DNA of 64,000 bases from Nitrosopumilus sp. (GTDB lineage: Archaea; Thermoproteota; Nitrososphaeria; Nitrososphaerales; Nitrosopumilaceae): the NCBI GenBank assembly GCA_965207445.1, contig CBDBLX010000002.1, positions 1,879,849-1,943,848 of the forward strand, given 5' to 3'. The first letter of the stretch is position 1. Each line of letters opens with the position of its first letter. The translations under genes and the position numbers were made by a program. The notes under the pieces were generated by a model that was given only the letters and a program-made list of their open reading frames with translations, did no database searches and was not told the DNA's origin. Below, piece after piece: positions 1-10,829 of the stretch.

Positions 1-139
1 CATATTTTGTAGAGATTACCAATATGTCACCATGACGTAAAGAGACATCATTTTTTTGCAGTGAATCATGCAATGCCACAAAGAGATCAAAATTTTCATT
101 CATACGCTCAGATACAAGTGGCATTACACTCAAGGCCAT
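1..139 (-). CDS. cofE: Coenzyme F420-0:L-glutamate ligase, N-terminal part (runs off the window)
   Basis: Manual translation from ATG at 139: MALSVMPLVSERMNENFDLFVALHDSLQKNDVSLRHGDILVISTKY, containing the CofE GDIlViStK motif. Not in the ORF track. Confidence 0.8.
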   Translation of the reverse strand, partial: MALSVMPLVSERMNENFDLFVALHDSLQKNDVSLRHGDILVISTKY

Positions 140-199
140 ACAATGCACAATATCATTGGTCTTTTTTACTCTTGAGAAACACAAAAGAAAACAGACGGC

Positions 200-276
200 G
201 ACAGCAACAACAGAGACAGCAACGACAACAACAGAGACAGCAACGACAACAACAGAGACAGCAACGACAACAACAA
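200..276. repeat. ~21-bp tandem repeat (ACAGCAACGACAACAACAGAG), about 3.5 copies, in the divergent promoter region
   Basis: Directly visible in the sequence. Confidence 0.9.
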
Positions 277-314
277 ATCTGAAAACTTTTAATCAACGAA
301 TCAGTTCTCAATTT

Positions 315-1613
315 ATGAATCTAGTTGAAAAGATACTTGCACGAGCATCACAAAAGAGTACAGTATCACCAGACGATATAGTATTTGCAAAGATTGACAA
401 GGCAATGGTGCATGATGTATCAGGTCCAGGCGTAATCAAAGTATTTGACAAACTATCAAAGCAAGACATACCAACTGAGAAATTGTGGGATGCAGATAAA
501 GTCTGGGTTGCAGAGGATCACTTTGTACCATCTGCTGAAAAGATATCAGCACAAAATATAGCAAAATTAGACGCATTTACTAAAAAATATGGAATTAAGA
601 ATCATTTCAAGTATGGGATGGGACAATACGGAGTGTGTCATACAATATCACATGAGAATGCAATGGTAATGCCAGGGGATGTATACGTTGGAGGAGACTC
701 ACACACAAACACAACAGGCGCACTAGGTGCATTTGCATGCGGTCTGGGCCACACCGACATGGCATATGTACTGTTATATGGTGAGATTTGGTTCAAGGTG
801 CCAGAAACCATATACTTTAGGATAAACGGTCAACTACCAAACCATACAATGGCAAAAGATGTAATATTGAGTATAATAGGCCAGATAGGAACAGATGGTG
901 GGGCTTACAAGACTATGCAGTTTGGAGGAGAGGCAGTAGAGAAAATGTCAGTAGAAGACAGACTAACACTATGCAACATGACAACAGAGGCAGGGGCAAA
1001 AAACGGTATCGTTAGACCAGACCAAAAGACAGTCCAATATTTGGAGCAAAAAAATGCGCATACTGTAAATCTAAAGGCAGGTGTGATAGATTATTCAGCC
1101 CCTGATGGTACGGATTCGGATTACTCAAAGGTATATGAGATAGATGCATCAAAACTAGAGCCAATCATAGCAGCACCGTTTTCACCTGAGAATGTAAAAC
1201 CAATAAGTGAGATATCATCAATTGAGCTTGACAAGTCATACATCGGATCATGTACAGGCGCCAAGTATGAAGACTTGGAGGCAGCAGCACGCATACTAAA
1301 GGGCAACAAGGTAAAGATCAGAACAGAGATACTACCTGCTGCAATATCAATATACAAAAGAGCAATGGAGTCAGGCCTACTCAAGATATTCCTAGATGCA
1401 GGTGCAATGGTAGGACCTCCCACATGTGGTGCATGTTGTGGTGCACATATGGGAGTACTAGGCAAAGATGAGATCTGCATCAGTACAACGAATAGAAACT
1501 TTCCAGGTAGGATGGGCCATGTAGAATCGCAGACGTATTTGGCATCACCAATGGTAGCAGCAGCATCTGCTGTCACAGGAAAGATAACAGATCCAAGAGA
1601 AGTGATACAATGA
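315..1613 (+). CDS. Homoaconitase / 3-isopropylmalate dehydratase family large subunit (archaeal HacA/LeuC type)
   Basis: DSHT, IGSCT, CGACCG and STTNRNFPGRMG motifs; start moved to ATG 315 (MNLVEKIL). Confidence 0.93.
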   Translation: MNLVEKILARASQKSTVSPDDIVFAKIDKAMVHDVSGPGVIKVFDKLSKQDIPTEKLWDADKVWVAEDHFVPSAEKISAQNIAKLDAFTKKYGIKNHFKYGMGQYGVCHTISHENAMVMPGDVYVGGDSHTNTTGALGAFACGLGHTDMAYVLLYGEIWFKVPETIYFRINGQLPNHTMAKDVILSIIGQIGTDGGAYKTMQFGGEAVEKMSVEDRLTLCNMTTEAGAKNGIVRPDQKTVQYLEQKNAHTVNLKAGVIDYSAPDGTDSDYSKVYEIDASKLEPIIAAPFSPENVKPISEISSIELDKSYIGSCTGAKYEDLEAAARILKGNKVKIRTEILPAAISIYKRAMESGLLKIFLDAGAMVGPPTCGACCGAHMGVLGKDEICISTTNRNFPGRMGHVESQTYLASPMVAAASAVTGKITDPREVIQ

Positions 1614-2143
1614 TAAATACGATTACAGGCGGTGTCATCAAATATGAGCAAGACAACATCGATACTGATGTAATAATACCAGGGCAGTATCTAAAGATTC
1701 ATGATTACGCAGAATTGGCCACACATGCAATGGAGGGGTTGGATGCAGAGTTTCACCAAAAGGCAAAGAATGCAAATATCATAATATCAGGTAAAAACTT
1801 TGGGTGCGGCTCATCAAGAGAACACGCACCAATTGCACTGTCTCACTCTGGAATCAAAGCAGTATTGGCACTCTCATTTGCAAGAATATTTTACAGAAAT
1901 GCAGTAGACGGGGCATTCTTACTACCAATAGAGATAGGTCAAGACGCATACGATGAGATAAAACAAGGCAATACAGTTGCAGTCGATATTCAAAATAATA
2001 GTATACATGACAAGACTAGTGGTAAATCATATGAGATCAAGCCATTTTCTGATATAATCAGTGAGATAATAGAGGCAGGAGGGTTGTTCAAGTATGGGAT
2101 GCAGAGGTCAAAAAAGAAGAAGAAGACGATGATGATGTCATAA
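1610..2143 (+). CDS. Homoaconitase / isopropylmalate dehydratase small subunit (archaeal type)
   Basis: [24 protein letters not shown] and [10 protein letters not shown] motifs; ATGA overlap with the large subunit. Confidence 0.93.
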   Translation: MINTITGGVIKYEQDNIDTDVIIPGQYLKIHDYAELATHAMEGLDAEFHQKAKNANIIISGKNFGCGSSREHAPIALSHSGIKAVLALSFARIFYRNAVDGAFLLPIEIGQDAYDEIKQGNTVAVDIQNNSIHDKTSGKSYEIKPFSDIISEIIEAGGLFKYGMQRSKKKKKTMMMS

Positions 2144-3573
2144 TGACACAAAAGCAACAAACATTATTTGATAAAATATGGATCGCGCACCAAATACATC
2201 GCAAAGAAAACAATGGACCATCCCTACTCTATGTGGACAGGCATATGATACACGAGGTCACGTCACCTCAAGCATTTGAATCCCTGCGCATAAACAACAG
2301 AAGAGTAAGGCGTCCAGACAAGACCATTGCAACGATGGACCACAACGTTCCGACCATATCAGAACACAGAAGACTCCCCATGGCAGATCAAATATCAGAT
2401 ATCCAAGTACGCACGCTATCTCAAAACTGCAAAGAGTTTGGAATAGAACTATTTGAGATGAACAACGAAAAACAAGGAATAGTGCACGTCATAGGGCCTC
2501 AGCTTGGAATCACACTTCCAGGCGCCACAATAGTTTGCGGTGACAGTCATACATCAACTCATGGTGCATTTGGAGCACTTGCATTTGGTATAGGTACTAG
2601 TGAGGTAGAACACGTCTTGGCATCTCAGACAATATGGATGCAAAAACCAAAGTCACTGGAGATCAATATAACTGGAAAGAGACGCAATCCAAATGCTGTC
2701 ACTGCAAAAGATATCATACTATACATAATAAGACAGATAGGAACAGACGGCGGTACGGGGACAGTAATCGAGTACAGGGGCCAGACAATATCAGAGTTGA
2801 CAATGGAGCAGCGCATGACAATATGTAACATGTCAATTGAAGCAGGTGCTCGAGCAGGCATGATGGCACCAGATGATACTACATATCAATATCTACGCAA
2901 TAGAGAGTACACCCCGACAAATTACGAGGATATGGTAGATGTATGGAAAGAGACACTTGTAACAGACAAAGATGCCATATTTGATAAGAGTTATTCAATA
3001 GATGTAAGTGATATTGCACCGCAGATTAGTTGGGGTACAAATCCAGGTATGACGTGTGATATCACAGATACAGTACCAGACCCACAAACATATGCCAATG
3101 GAGATGAGTCAAAAGAGAAAAGTGCAAAAAGAGCACTCTGGTATATGGGACTAGAGCCAAACACAAAGATGACAGACATTGCAATTGACAAGGTCTTTAT
3201 CGGATCTTGTACTAATGCTAGGATTGAGGACTTGCAACAAGCCGCACTCATGATTAATGGCAAGAGAGTCGCAGATACAGTGAGTGCAATTGTGGTTCCA
3301 GGCTCACAACAAGTCAAAAGTATGGCAGAGCACATTGGACTAGATAAAATATTTAAGAATGCAGGATTTGAGTGGCGAGAGTCAGGGTGTAGTATGTGTC
3401 TTGGGATGAATCCAGATATACTTGCACCAAAAGAGAGGTGTGCGAGTACATCTAATCGAAACTTTGAGGGCAGACAAGGAACAGGAGGCAGAACACATCT
3501 GATGAGTCCAATAATGGCAGCTGCTGCTGCAATACATGGACATTTTGTTGATGTAAGAGATGAGATCAAATAA
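2143..3573 (+). CDS. leuC: 3-isopropylmalate dehydratase large subunit (bacterial-type)
   Basis: [43 protein letters not shown] and [12 protein letters not shown] motifs. Confidence 0.96.
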   Translation: MTQKQQTLFDKIWIAHQIHRKENNGPSLLYVDRHMIHEVTSPQAFESLRINNRRVRRPDKTIATMDHNVPTISEHRRLPMADQISDIQVRTLSQNCKEFGIELFEMNNEKQGIVHVIGPQLGITLPGATIVCGDSHTSTHGAFGALAFGIGTSEVEHVLASQTIWMQKPKSLEINITGKRRNPNAVTAKDIILYIIRQIGTDGGTGTVIEYRGQTISELTMEQRMTICNMSIEAGARAGMMAPDDTTYQYLRNREYTPTNYEDMVDVWKETLVTDKDAIFDKSYSIDVSDIAPQISWGTNPGMTCDITDTVPDPQTYANGDESKEKSAKRALWYMGLEPNTKMTDIAIDKVFIGSCTNARIEDLQQAALMINGKRVADTVSAIVVPGSQQVKSMAEHIGLDKIFKNAGFEWRESGCSMCLGMNPDILAPKERCASTSNRNFEGRQGTGGRTHLMSPIMAAAAAIHGHFVDVRDEIK

Positions 3574-4208
3574 TGAGACCATTTAATATTGTAAACAGTA
3601 TAGTGGTACCACTTGAGAAGATAAATGTAGATACTGATCAAATAATTCCAAAACAATTCCTAAAGTTGGTGCAAAGAACTGGATTTGGCAGATATCTGTT
3701 TTATGACTGGAGATACAAAGATGGCAATGAATCGAACTTACAAGAGGACTTTGTGTTAAATGATCCAAAGTACAAAGGTGCCACCATATTGATTGCAGGT
3801 GAGAACTTTGGGTGTGGCTCATCAAGGGAGCATGCAGTATGGGCACTTTCAGATTATGGATTCAAGGTGATAATTGCACCATCATTTGCAGACATATTTT
3901 ACAATAATTGCTTTAAGAATGGTGTGCTTGCAATTACACTAGAATATAATCAGATAAAAAAGATACTAGAGGCTAGTGTAACAGAGATTAAAGTGGATTT
4001 ACAAAATAAAGCAATCAATATATACAAAGATGATGCCACAAGTGAGACGATAGACTTTGAGATAGACTCACATAGGCGCACAGTTCTTTTGGAAGGATTA
4101 GATGAGATTGCACAGACACTAGAGTACAATGACAAGATAACTGAATTTGAAATAAAGTCTAGTAAAAGAATAGATTTTGCACCCCCAGTTACAAAGAGAC
4201 AGTTGTAA
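3573..4208 (+). CDS. leuD: 3-isopropylmalate dehydratase small subunit
   Basis: [28 protein letters not shown] and SFADIFYNNCFKNG motifs. Confidence 0.96.
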   Translation: MRPFNIVNSIVVPLEKINVDTDQIIPKQFLKLVQRTGFGRYLFYDWRYKDGNESNLQEDFVLNDPKYKGATILIAGENFGCGSSREHAVWALSDYGFKVIIAPSFADIFYNNCFKNGVLAITLEYNQIKKILEASVTEIKVDLQNKAINIYKDDATSETIDFEIDSHRRTVLLEGLDEIAQTLEYNDKITEFEIKSSKRIDFAPPVTKRQL

Positions 4209-4311
4209 GTGGGATTTGCACAAACAGATATGGCCAAGTGATTTGCACGGTTTATTATTAGTGGATAATCACATTATGATGACTGTAATATGATAAACTA
4301 TAGGATATAGA

Positions 4312-5160
4312 TTAATCGTCACTGGTGGCGCGCATAGTAGATATTATTTTATCTACACGAGACTTGTTGCGCTCCAAAACTACAGGTGACTCTGCATCCA
4401 CCCATTGAGAATCTCCAATATCAAATGCACTTATTGCACCTTTTTTTGAGAGTGACTCTAATATGTCATGTGAGAGATTGACATGAGGTTTTGCAGACTC
4501 AAGAGACTCAGAAATATCACGAGGACTAGTGTTGTTGTTATTATTATTAGTAGTAGTAGTAGATCTCATCAAAGATATCTTTTGTCCCATTACATCTTTG
4601 ATGTTAGACAATACACTATGATGCAGTATATACACACCAAGGCACTCAGATAATGGAAGATTCACAGTAGGCTTTTCAACAAATTTACTAACTATACCAT
4701 TATCATCAACGAGTGCAAAACCAGTCTCCTCTGGCCGTACATTTCGAATGGCAATACATGCAGTACTATTTCTAGTACGAAACTGCTCAAGCATGCCATC
4801 TAAATCAACTGCACATAGATTATCTGCAAACCACAATACAAATGGCTCATCATCAGATATCATATCATATACGTGAAGCAGATCACCTCCTGTGCCACTC
4901 TGAGAGTCTTGAACAAATACAAGTTTACCAGAATCAGATGGTTGTTCATTACCTGTACCATAATAGTTTCGTATTTGACCACCCAATCCTCTCAAATCAG
5001 TTATTACTATAATCTGATCGATGAACTCAAAGGACATAATATATCGGATTATGTAATCTATGAGGGGTTTATCAGATATAGGTGTCATTGCCTTTGGAAA
5101 GTATTCTGTGTATGGTCGTCCACGAGTACCTTGTCCGCCTGCCATTAGTACTGCTTTCAA
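4312..5160 (-). CDS. Sugar-phosphate nucleotidyltransferase (NTP_transferase family)
   Basis: MKAVLMAGGQGTR..PKAM..PLI N-terminal signature and GTGG motif; carries a poly-T/N insertion. Confidence 0.9.
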   Translation of the reverse strand: MKAVLMAGGQGTRGRPYTEYFPKAMTPISDKPLIDYIIRYIMSFEFIDQIIVITDLRGLGGQIRNYYGTGNEQPSDSGKLVFVQDSQSGTGGDLLHVYDMISDDEPFVLWFADNLCAVDLDGMLEQFRTRNSTACIAIRNVRPEETGFALVDDNGIVSKFVEKPTVNLPLSECLGVYILHHSVLSNIKDVMGQKISLMRSTTTTNNNNNNTSPRDISESLESAKPHVNLSHDILESLSKKGAISAFDIGDSQWVDAESPVVLERNKSRVDKIISTMRATSDD

Positions 5161-5311
5161 TATGTGTTGTGTAAAATGGGCGACTATTAATTATGATCGA
5201 GTGCATCATTATTTCACAGATGTAGCCAAGACAACAACCAAAAAAAATAGTAGACATCTTTTAATAATTAAGTGTCTACAGATATAATTTGTAAACTACA
5301 ACCACACCAAA

Positions 5312-5761
5312 TCATCGGTATGATTTTTGTCTTCGTCTTCGTGCACCAGGCCCACCGAACTTTTTGGGCTCTTTGCGTCGTGCATCACCACTAATCAGAT
5401 ACTTGTCATATTCAGTTATCTTTTTGCGCAATGCCTCACGTTCTGCAAGTGTAAATGGATGAGATTTTGGATCTTTTTTTGACTTTGTCCACCCAGTCAA
5501 TGCACGTGACAGACCAATTGCAACAGCACTGGCTTGGCCCATAAACCCACCACCACGAACACGAACAGAGATATCAATATTTTTGCGCATGTCACCTATC
5601 AACTCTAATGGTGCCAACATAACTTCTCTTGCAGTCTCTTGGGGGATCATCTCAAGTGGGATATTATTTATCCTGACCTTGCCTTGTCCCTTTCTAATAA
5701 ACACATGCGCACTAGATGTCTTGCGAGTTGCAAAATAGATCTCAGTTTTTGGTACCGTCAT
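5312..5761 (-). CDS. rps9: 30S ribosomal protein S9
   Basis: VRGGGFMGQASA and RRKEPKKFGGPGARRRRQKSYR; probable start at 5761 overlapping the rpl13 stop. Confidence 0.97.
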   Translation of the reverse strand: MTVPKTEIYFATRKTSSAHVFIRKGQGKVRINNIPLEMIPQETAREVMLAPLELIGDMRKNIDISVRVRGGGFMGQASAVAIGLSRALTGWTKSKKDPKSHPFTLAEREALRKKITEYDKYLISGDARRKEPKKFGGPGARRRRQKSYR

Positions 5762-6423
5762 TCTGTCCACCCAATTACCCTACATAACTCACCCATTGTT
5801 GTATATGATGAAGCAGTACGTCTAATTTTTGCTTTTTCAAACTGTACCTTTTTAAATGATTTTAACTCTTTTGGAGAGCCAACATATGCACGTAGTCGCT
5901 TGTGTGCAGTTTTACCAGAAGGTTTCTTCTCAAATGGTAGCATACCACGTATCATTTTTGTAATTACGGTATCAGGCCTGCGATAATGAACGGGTCCATG
6001 TTTCGGATTTATTATACTGTTTATCTTTAGAAATTGCCTATACTCGTATATGGTATTGGCACGTGTACCACTTATCATTATACGCTCACAGTTCACAAGT
6101 GAAACACGATTTCCTTGCAATAATAATTTTGCAACTAGAGACGATAGTCTGCCTGCAATGTGATTAGTGGCATCAACTACAATTGGAGTGCCGGTGATAT
6201 CAGGTGACTTTGGTTTGTCATACTCTAGCATGGCAACACTACTACTAGATGTCTTTGATGCATCATCAATAGTATTTGACGAGTCTGTAGATGAATCTTG
6301 GGTAGTTATCTCTTTGTGGGTTTCAAGGTTCAAATCAAAGACGTCGTTATCAGGTTGTGGTGATGGTGATGATGATGGTACATCATCATCAACATTATCA
6401 GAGGGTGTGTTATCATCAGCCAA
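5758..6423 (-). CDS. rpl13: 50S ribosomal protein L13 with a long acidic, Ser-rich N-terminal extension
   Basis: IVVDATNHIAGRLSSLVAKLLLQG and IRGMLP motifs; operon context. Confidence 0.95.
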   Translation of the reverse strand: MADDNTPSDNVDDDVPSSSPSPQPDNDVFDLNLETHKEITTQDSSTDSSNTIDDASKTSSSSVAMLEYDKPKSPDITGTPIVVDATNHIAGRLSSLVAKLLLQGNRVSLVNCERIMISGTRANTIYEYRQFLKINSIINPKHGPVHYRRPDTVITKMIRGMLPFEKKPSGKTAHKRLRAYVGSPKELKSFKKVQFEKAKIRRTASSYTTMGELCRVIGWTE

Positions 6424-6763
6424 GCAGTACCACTCCTTTGCCAGTAGGATTTGATTCTACAAGTGTATCGTGTGATATTATAGTCCCACCTGCTGCTTTA
6501 ATCTTTGCAAGTGCACTGGCAGATATTGAAAAAGAGTACAAGGTTATGCTATGTTGTATGTTTCCTGTGCCTAGTACTTTGCCTGGAAATACAACAGTAT
6601 CATTTGTCTTTGTTAATTGGTTTATCTGCTTTATGTTGATATTACGACGGGCACGTGATGGTTTTAGCATGTATGTAGATAGTACAGACCACAAGGGAGT
6701 CTTGTGTGTAATAAATGCTTTATGAAATGCACGTGCAGTGCGTGCGATAATTGGATTTGCCAT
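6416..6763 (-). CDS. rpl18e: 50S ribosomal protein L18e
   Basis: VVFPGKVLGTG, AKIKAAGG and NPTGKGV motifs; operon context. Confidence 0.95.
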   Translation of the reverse strand: MANPIIARTARAFHKAFITHKTPLWSVLSTYMLKPSRARRNINIKQINQLTKTNDTVVFPGKVLGTGNIQHSITLYSFSISASALAKIKAAGGTIISHDTLVESNPTGKGVVLLG

Positions 6764-7238
6764 GTGAGATGCCGTTTATGGCCCAAATATAATGTATGCA
6801 AGAGGGACATAATTTGCACAATTTTGAGAAAATCTATTCATTTCAATATCAAATCAATCAAGAGTACATCAAGTGAGTAATAATTAGCATCAGAGATGGC
6901 CGTCACATTCAACATACACAGAATTTTAGAAATGTGGGTTTAGTATGTCAGTGAGATTGACCAGTAAAGCCATACAAGTCACAGATAGTGTGGTGATAGT
7001 TGTAATCAGGATAGTTGTTAAATCATACTGTGAAGAGTATAAGTGATAATGTAAGTGAATATATTATATAATAGTCAAATATCGTAATTTGACACCAGTG
7101 TAGTAATAATTGTATTGATATGATTTAACTGTGCAGAAATTAAATTTAAAAAATGCATATATTTTTAAAATTGAGCATACGGCCACAAGATCTAGGAATT
7201 TTTGTTGTATGGTATAATGTACATATACATATATACCA

Positions 7239-7285
7239 TAATCCATCATATACAGTAATCCATCATATACAGTAATCCATCATAT
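7239..7285. repeat. 17-bp tandem repeat (TAATCCATCATATACAG), about 2.7 copies
   Basis: Directly visible in the sequence. Confidence 0.85.
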
Positions 7286-7458
7286 GGGGCAAGCCATCAC
7301 ACAAACACACATACGTAAAAAGTATGGTTGTCAAAATCCAAATGAGTGCAATGATGCAATACTCAGATAATTTTTTGACTTTGAAAATAATACATTACAT
7401 TGATGGTATAATAAGAATTCATAAAATAGACATGAAAAATAAATAATCAAAACATGAT

Positions 7459-8097
7459 TTATTGAGGTAGGTTGTTTATAGTGTTTTTAAAGTCTACTAG
7501 TTTACGGTTTACCTCATCAATACCTGCAACAAGTATCTGCTCTGGTGCAATTGCACCAGTAGACTCTATTGTAAGTATATGCTCATCATCAGAATCACCA
7601 TTAACCAACACAGAGACATTAGCCGAGTTCCATTTTGCATGTTGCGTTCCACGTCCGAGTCGTGCATAACACTCTACTTTGATCTTTTGTCCAGGTGCTA
7701 GTTTTACTATTGGAATATTGCCAGATATTGGCATGACTTGATCATCATCAGATGTAAGACTCTCAGACATGACAGTTATAGTCTCAGAACTAGCTTCGGC
7801 ATCAAGAAGCAACATTACACGATAGTCAGAGAATTCAGATTCATTTTCAGATTGAAAATCTGCAATATCATGTAGTCCTTTGAGATCAGTCTTTAATGGT
7901 ATTAGTCCTAGTCGGTGTGCTAGTCCCTCATCAGGTAGTACAGAAGAGTTTGCTACAATATCAACTGTATCTATCGCAAACACAGGTACACCATTAAGAC
8001 ATACCCTTCGTAGTGCATTTGCATATTGCAAGGATACACCCTTTAGTTTTACTGATATTTTTTGATCATCTTTGCTTAGTATCTCTAGGGAAGACAA
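7459..8097 (-). CDS. rpoD: DNA-directed RNA polymerase subunit D (Rpo3)
   Basis: ANALRR..VPVFAID.V..NSSVLPDE.LAHRLGLIPL and GRGTQHAKW motifs. Confidence 0.97.
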   Translation of the reverse strand: MSSLEILSKDDQKISVKLKGVSLQYANALRRVCLNGVPVFAIDTVDIVANSSVLPDEGLAHRLGLIPLKTDLKGLHDIADFQSENESEFSDYRVMLLLDAEASSETITVMSESLTSDDDQVMPISGNIPIVKLAPGQKIKVECYARLGRGTQHAKWNSANVSVLVNGDSDDEHILTIESTGAIAPEQILVAGIDEVNRKLVDFKNTINNLPQ

Positions 8098-8300
8098 ATC
8101 TGTTTTTTCTCTTTAAATTCTAAATAAAAATCTAGATATTAGCGTGACTTTGTCCGAAAAGGCCCAAATGTGTAGTTTGATCTTTTCACCAATTGAATCT
8201 ACGAGATCAATTGGTCCGGTTATAAAAAAATGCAACCACATATTCATGAGATCTGCTTACTATTCTCATAGTAGTGCTGTTTGTTCTCATTATTACTGCA

Positions 8301-8410
8301 TACTGATATGATTAAAGATCCGATATTTTGATTGATATTCATCTCGAAGTTGAGCACATATTATGAATACAAAATATTAGAAAACTATCGGATCTTTAAT
8401 GAAACTATTA
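8301..8410 (-). mobile_element. 110-bp MITE, family A copy 1
   Basis: Inner inverted repeat ATTAAAGATCCGATA / TATCGGATCTTTAAT; near-identical reverse-complement copies at 31570-31679 and 37983-38092. Confidence 0.92.
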
Positions 8411-8664
8411 GGCATTCTCTACCTCGCCCACCGTCCAAGGTGTCAGAAGATCCACATCTATGCTAAGCCTTCTTGCTTCCTGTGTGTAAAGATGGAAAGG
8501 CATGCACAGGCCTCCACGTATAATGCAATCAATTTTCGGGGCTATACGAGCATGCATCTCAAGATCCATGATGAGTTTTTCAATGTATAGTTCGTGTGGA
8601 AATCCATACTGCGTGGCAATTGAGGAAATGCTCTTTTAGTTAGCAGATACGAGTATCCTATCAT
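8411..8664 (-). pseudogene. AbiEii-type nucleotidyltransferase toxin (type IV TA), 5' fragment, frameshifted and truncated by a MITE
   Basis: ATG at 8664 abuts the upstream stop. Reads MIGYSYLLTK, then after a frameshift SISSIATQYGFPHELYIEKLIMD...IIRGGLCMPFHLYTQEARRLSIDVDLL, with IEK, [KR]GG and RxSxDxD motifs. Confidence 0.75.
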
Positions 8665-10629
8665 CTATTCACCCTCCTCCATGTACATCTCAATCTTCCC
8701 CAGGATATTCCTGTGTCTGGCAAGCGATCGTAACTTTTTGGGATCGATCAGGTTATTATCTAGAAGATCAGTCAAGATCGACGCAAGCTCGTCACCGTAC
8801 AGGGAAATCTTTTTTTTATTTACCTCACGGTAAAGATCCAACCAAGCTTTCTCCGGAATTGCCCATGTATCTGACAGCCTCTCTGCATATTCACGTATTA
8901 CAATGAATCTACTGTGCTCTGAAATCCTAAGAGTTATCTCCATCTCAAGTGGCGTGGGATCCAGTAGTACCGTGATATTTTTTGAATGATCAGAGATTAT
9001 CTCCAACAGTTTCTGCCCCGCCCCTTTTACGGTCTGTATATTGTAGACAATCTTGCTGTATGCATTCTGCAAGAACGGAAACAGTGTGCTGAGTCCAGTA
9101 AATTGAAAGTCGTGCACAAACTTTCCCCTTATGTGGTCGTGAAGTTCCACAAGCTCGGCCTCCAGAGAATAATTTGGCCTAGGTACGATTCTTTCATTCA
9201 TCCTACCATTTCTAACCTCCTGCTTTGGCAAGGATTTACCAACAAACTCGACCCACCTCTTGTTTCTCTCAACTACAAAATCCGCGTACTTTGAGGGGTT
9301 ACTCGCCACAAGCTCGGCCTCTATACGTATCATCCCCAAGAGAAACAAGGGATTCTTAAATGTCTTAAATGCATCACTGTCTTTGCTGATCGTGACTTTG
9401 GCCTTGTTGCCTGAACAGTTAATTTGGTAGATGCCCTCTTTGATGCCCTCAAACGCCACATCAATCTCCAACTGACCCCGCAGTATCGTCATGTTGTCTG
9501 CCTCATCCAAGAGTGATTTTGCATTCGTGGCGCTCATTCTAGTGTCTATTGACTTTTCTGGAGCCGCGTCCGGATCGTATTTGAGTACAGATCTGATCTC
9601 AGAGGCGCCCGCCTTTTGAGATGACGATCTTCGCAGCATCTTTGCAACTGTTGGGTCGTTTTTGAATAGGGTGAATGCTTCTTTGTACTCTAATGAGTCT
9701 TCCAAGAATCCAGTCTTGTGAAAGTTGACGGGTACGTGGTCAAGGGATATCGCACCTATTATTTTGGCGACTTCGGGATGATTTCTGATGCCGAATTTAT
9801 CAAAGGCTCTTATGAGCCGCCCCCTCCTGTAAATGTGGATTCCGTAATTGCCCTTGATTGATCTCTTTTTCAAAAGTCCGATCCAGCCGGCTATCTGGCG
9901 GCCGTTTGGAAGTTTTATGTCAACATTTCTCCTCGTGCCTTCTTCCAGTTCCGGTTCGACTGCCTCACAGTCTCTAGAACCTACCCTAATTTTAATCTGC
10001 TCATTTTTCAGATACGGCCCGTATCTGATCCCGAATCGCCTTCTAAAGTTTGATATCTGGTTCGGATACAATGGAACCTTTAGGTTGTTGATTTCTATGC
10101 GCGTCCCAGGCTTGCTTGCATGTTTTTTGGTCTCTTCAATCTCAAAATTGGACCAGTCCCTCGATTCGTCACCAAGCCATTGATCCTCATCATACCTTGT
10201 CGTAAACGTGGGTTGCTGGCCATGTTTTGTGGTGATTATTATAAATGACTTGCCCAAGCTAGAGCACGCACTCTTCATTCCCAGGCCAAACTGTCCTAAC
10301 GTCTCCCCTTTCTTGTCCTTTGTCTCCCTTGCTACAGTCAGCGCATCCTTTAGCTCATCAAGACTCATTCCGAGGCCATCGTCGGTTACTATAATTTGTC
10401 CCCTGCCAAAGTCCAGCTCAACGTGAATATGTTCTTTTTCCCCCTCGATCCTCGCGTCAATTGAGTTGTCTATCAGCTCGGCTATTGCCTGCTCTGTCCG
10501 GTATCCGACAAGACCCAGTTTTTTGATTAGTCTCTTGTCAGGCGTTATGTCTACTTTGGTCTTTCTTGACATGTTACTATCTTTTTTTGCTAACATTATA
10601 TATTTTCGCAACTTAGGATAGCAGTTCAT
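8665..10629 (-). CDS. MORC-like GHKL (HATPase_c) ATPase with S5-like domain and a putative AbiEi-like C-terminal domain (likely start 10572)
   Basis: AIAELIDNSIDA, VTDDGLGM, GQFGLGMKSA and GIHIYRRGRLI motifs; C-terminal FTGLSTL...IPEKAWLDL. Confidence 0.85.
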   Translation of the reverse strand: MNCYPKLRKYIMLAKKDSNMSRKTKVDITPDKRLIKKLGLVGYRTEQAIAELIDNSIDARIEGEKEHIHVELDFGRGQIIVTDDGLGMSLDELKDALTVARETKDKKGETLGQFGLGMKSACSSLGKSFIIITTKHGQQPTFTTRYDEDQWLGDESRDWSNFEIEETKKHASKPGTRIEINNLKVPLYPNQISNFRRRFGIRYGPYLKNEQIKIRVGSRDCEAVEPELEEGTRRNVDIKLPNGRQIAGWIGLLKKRSIKGNYGIHIYRRGRLIRAFDKFGIRNHPEVAKIIGAISLDHVPVNFHKTGFLEDSLEYKEAFTLFKNDPTVAKMLRRSSSQKAGASEIRSVLKYDPDAAPEKSIDTRMSATNAKSLLDEADNMTILRGQLEIDVAFEGIKEGIYQINCSGNKAKVTISKDSDAFKTFKNPLFLLGMIRIEAELVASNPSKYADFVVERNKRWVEFVGKSLPKQEVRNGRMNERIVPRPNYSLEAELVELHDHIRGKFVHDFQFTGLSTLFPFLQNAYSKIVYNIQTVKGAGQKLLEIISDHSKNITVLLDPTPLEMEITLRISEHSRFIVIREYAERLSDTWAIPEKAWLDLYREVNKKKISLYGDELASILTDLLDNNLIDPKKLRSLARHRNILGKIEMYMEEGE

Positions 10630-10829
10630 AAGGTATTACTAAACGTTATAATTGCGAAATGTAGTGAAATATCTCATATGCGTTGTAAAGATATTGTAAA
10701 GATAGACAAATCACACATTAAAGCCAACGATGAGACACAGCCATCGCCGGTAGCATGTCACCTCCCCCCGCTGCACTGTGTCTAAATAAGGTCACATTAA
10801 TACGAATATCCTCTGAGTGAACATATGTA

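Noticed and set aside
61..314. Poly-Gln ORF 61-282 and Thr-rich N-terminal extension of ORF 156-1613
   Set aside because: Produced by the 21-bp intergenic repeat; homology starts at ATG 315, and cofE occupies 1-139 on the other strand
315..4208. Two adjacent leuCD-like pairs as a novelty
   Set aside because: Explained by separate leucine and homoaconitase-type enzymes, as expected for this lineage
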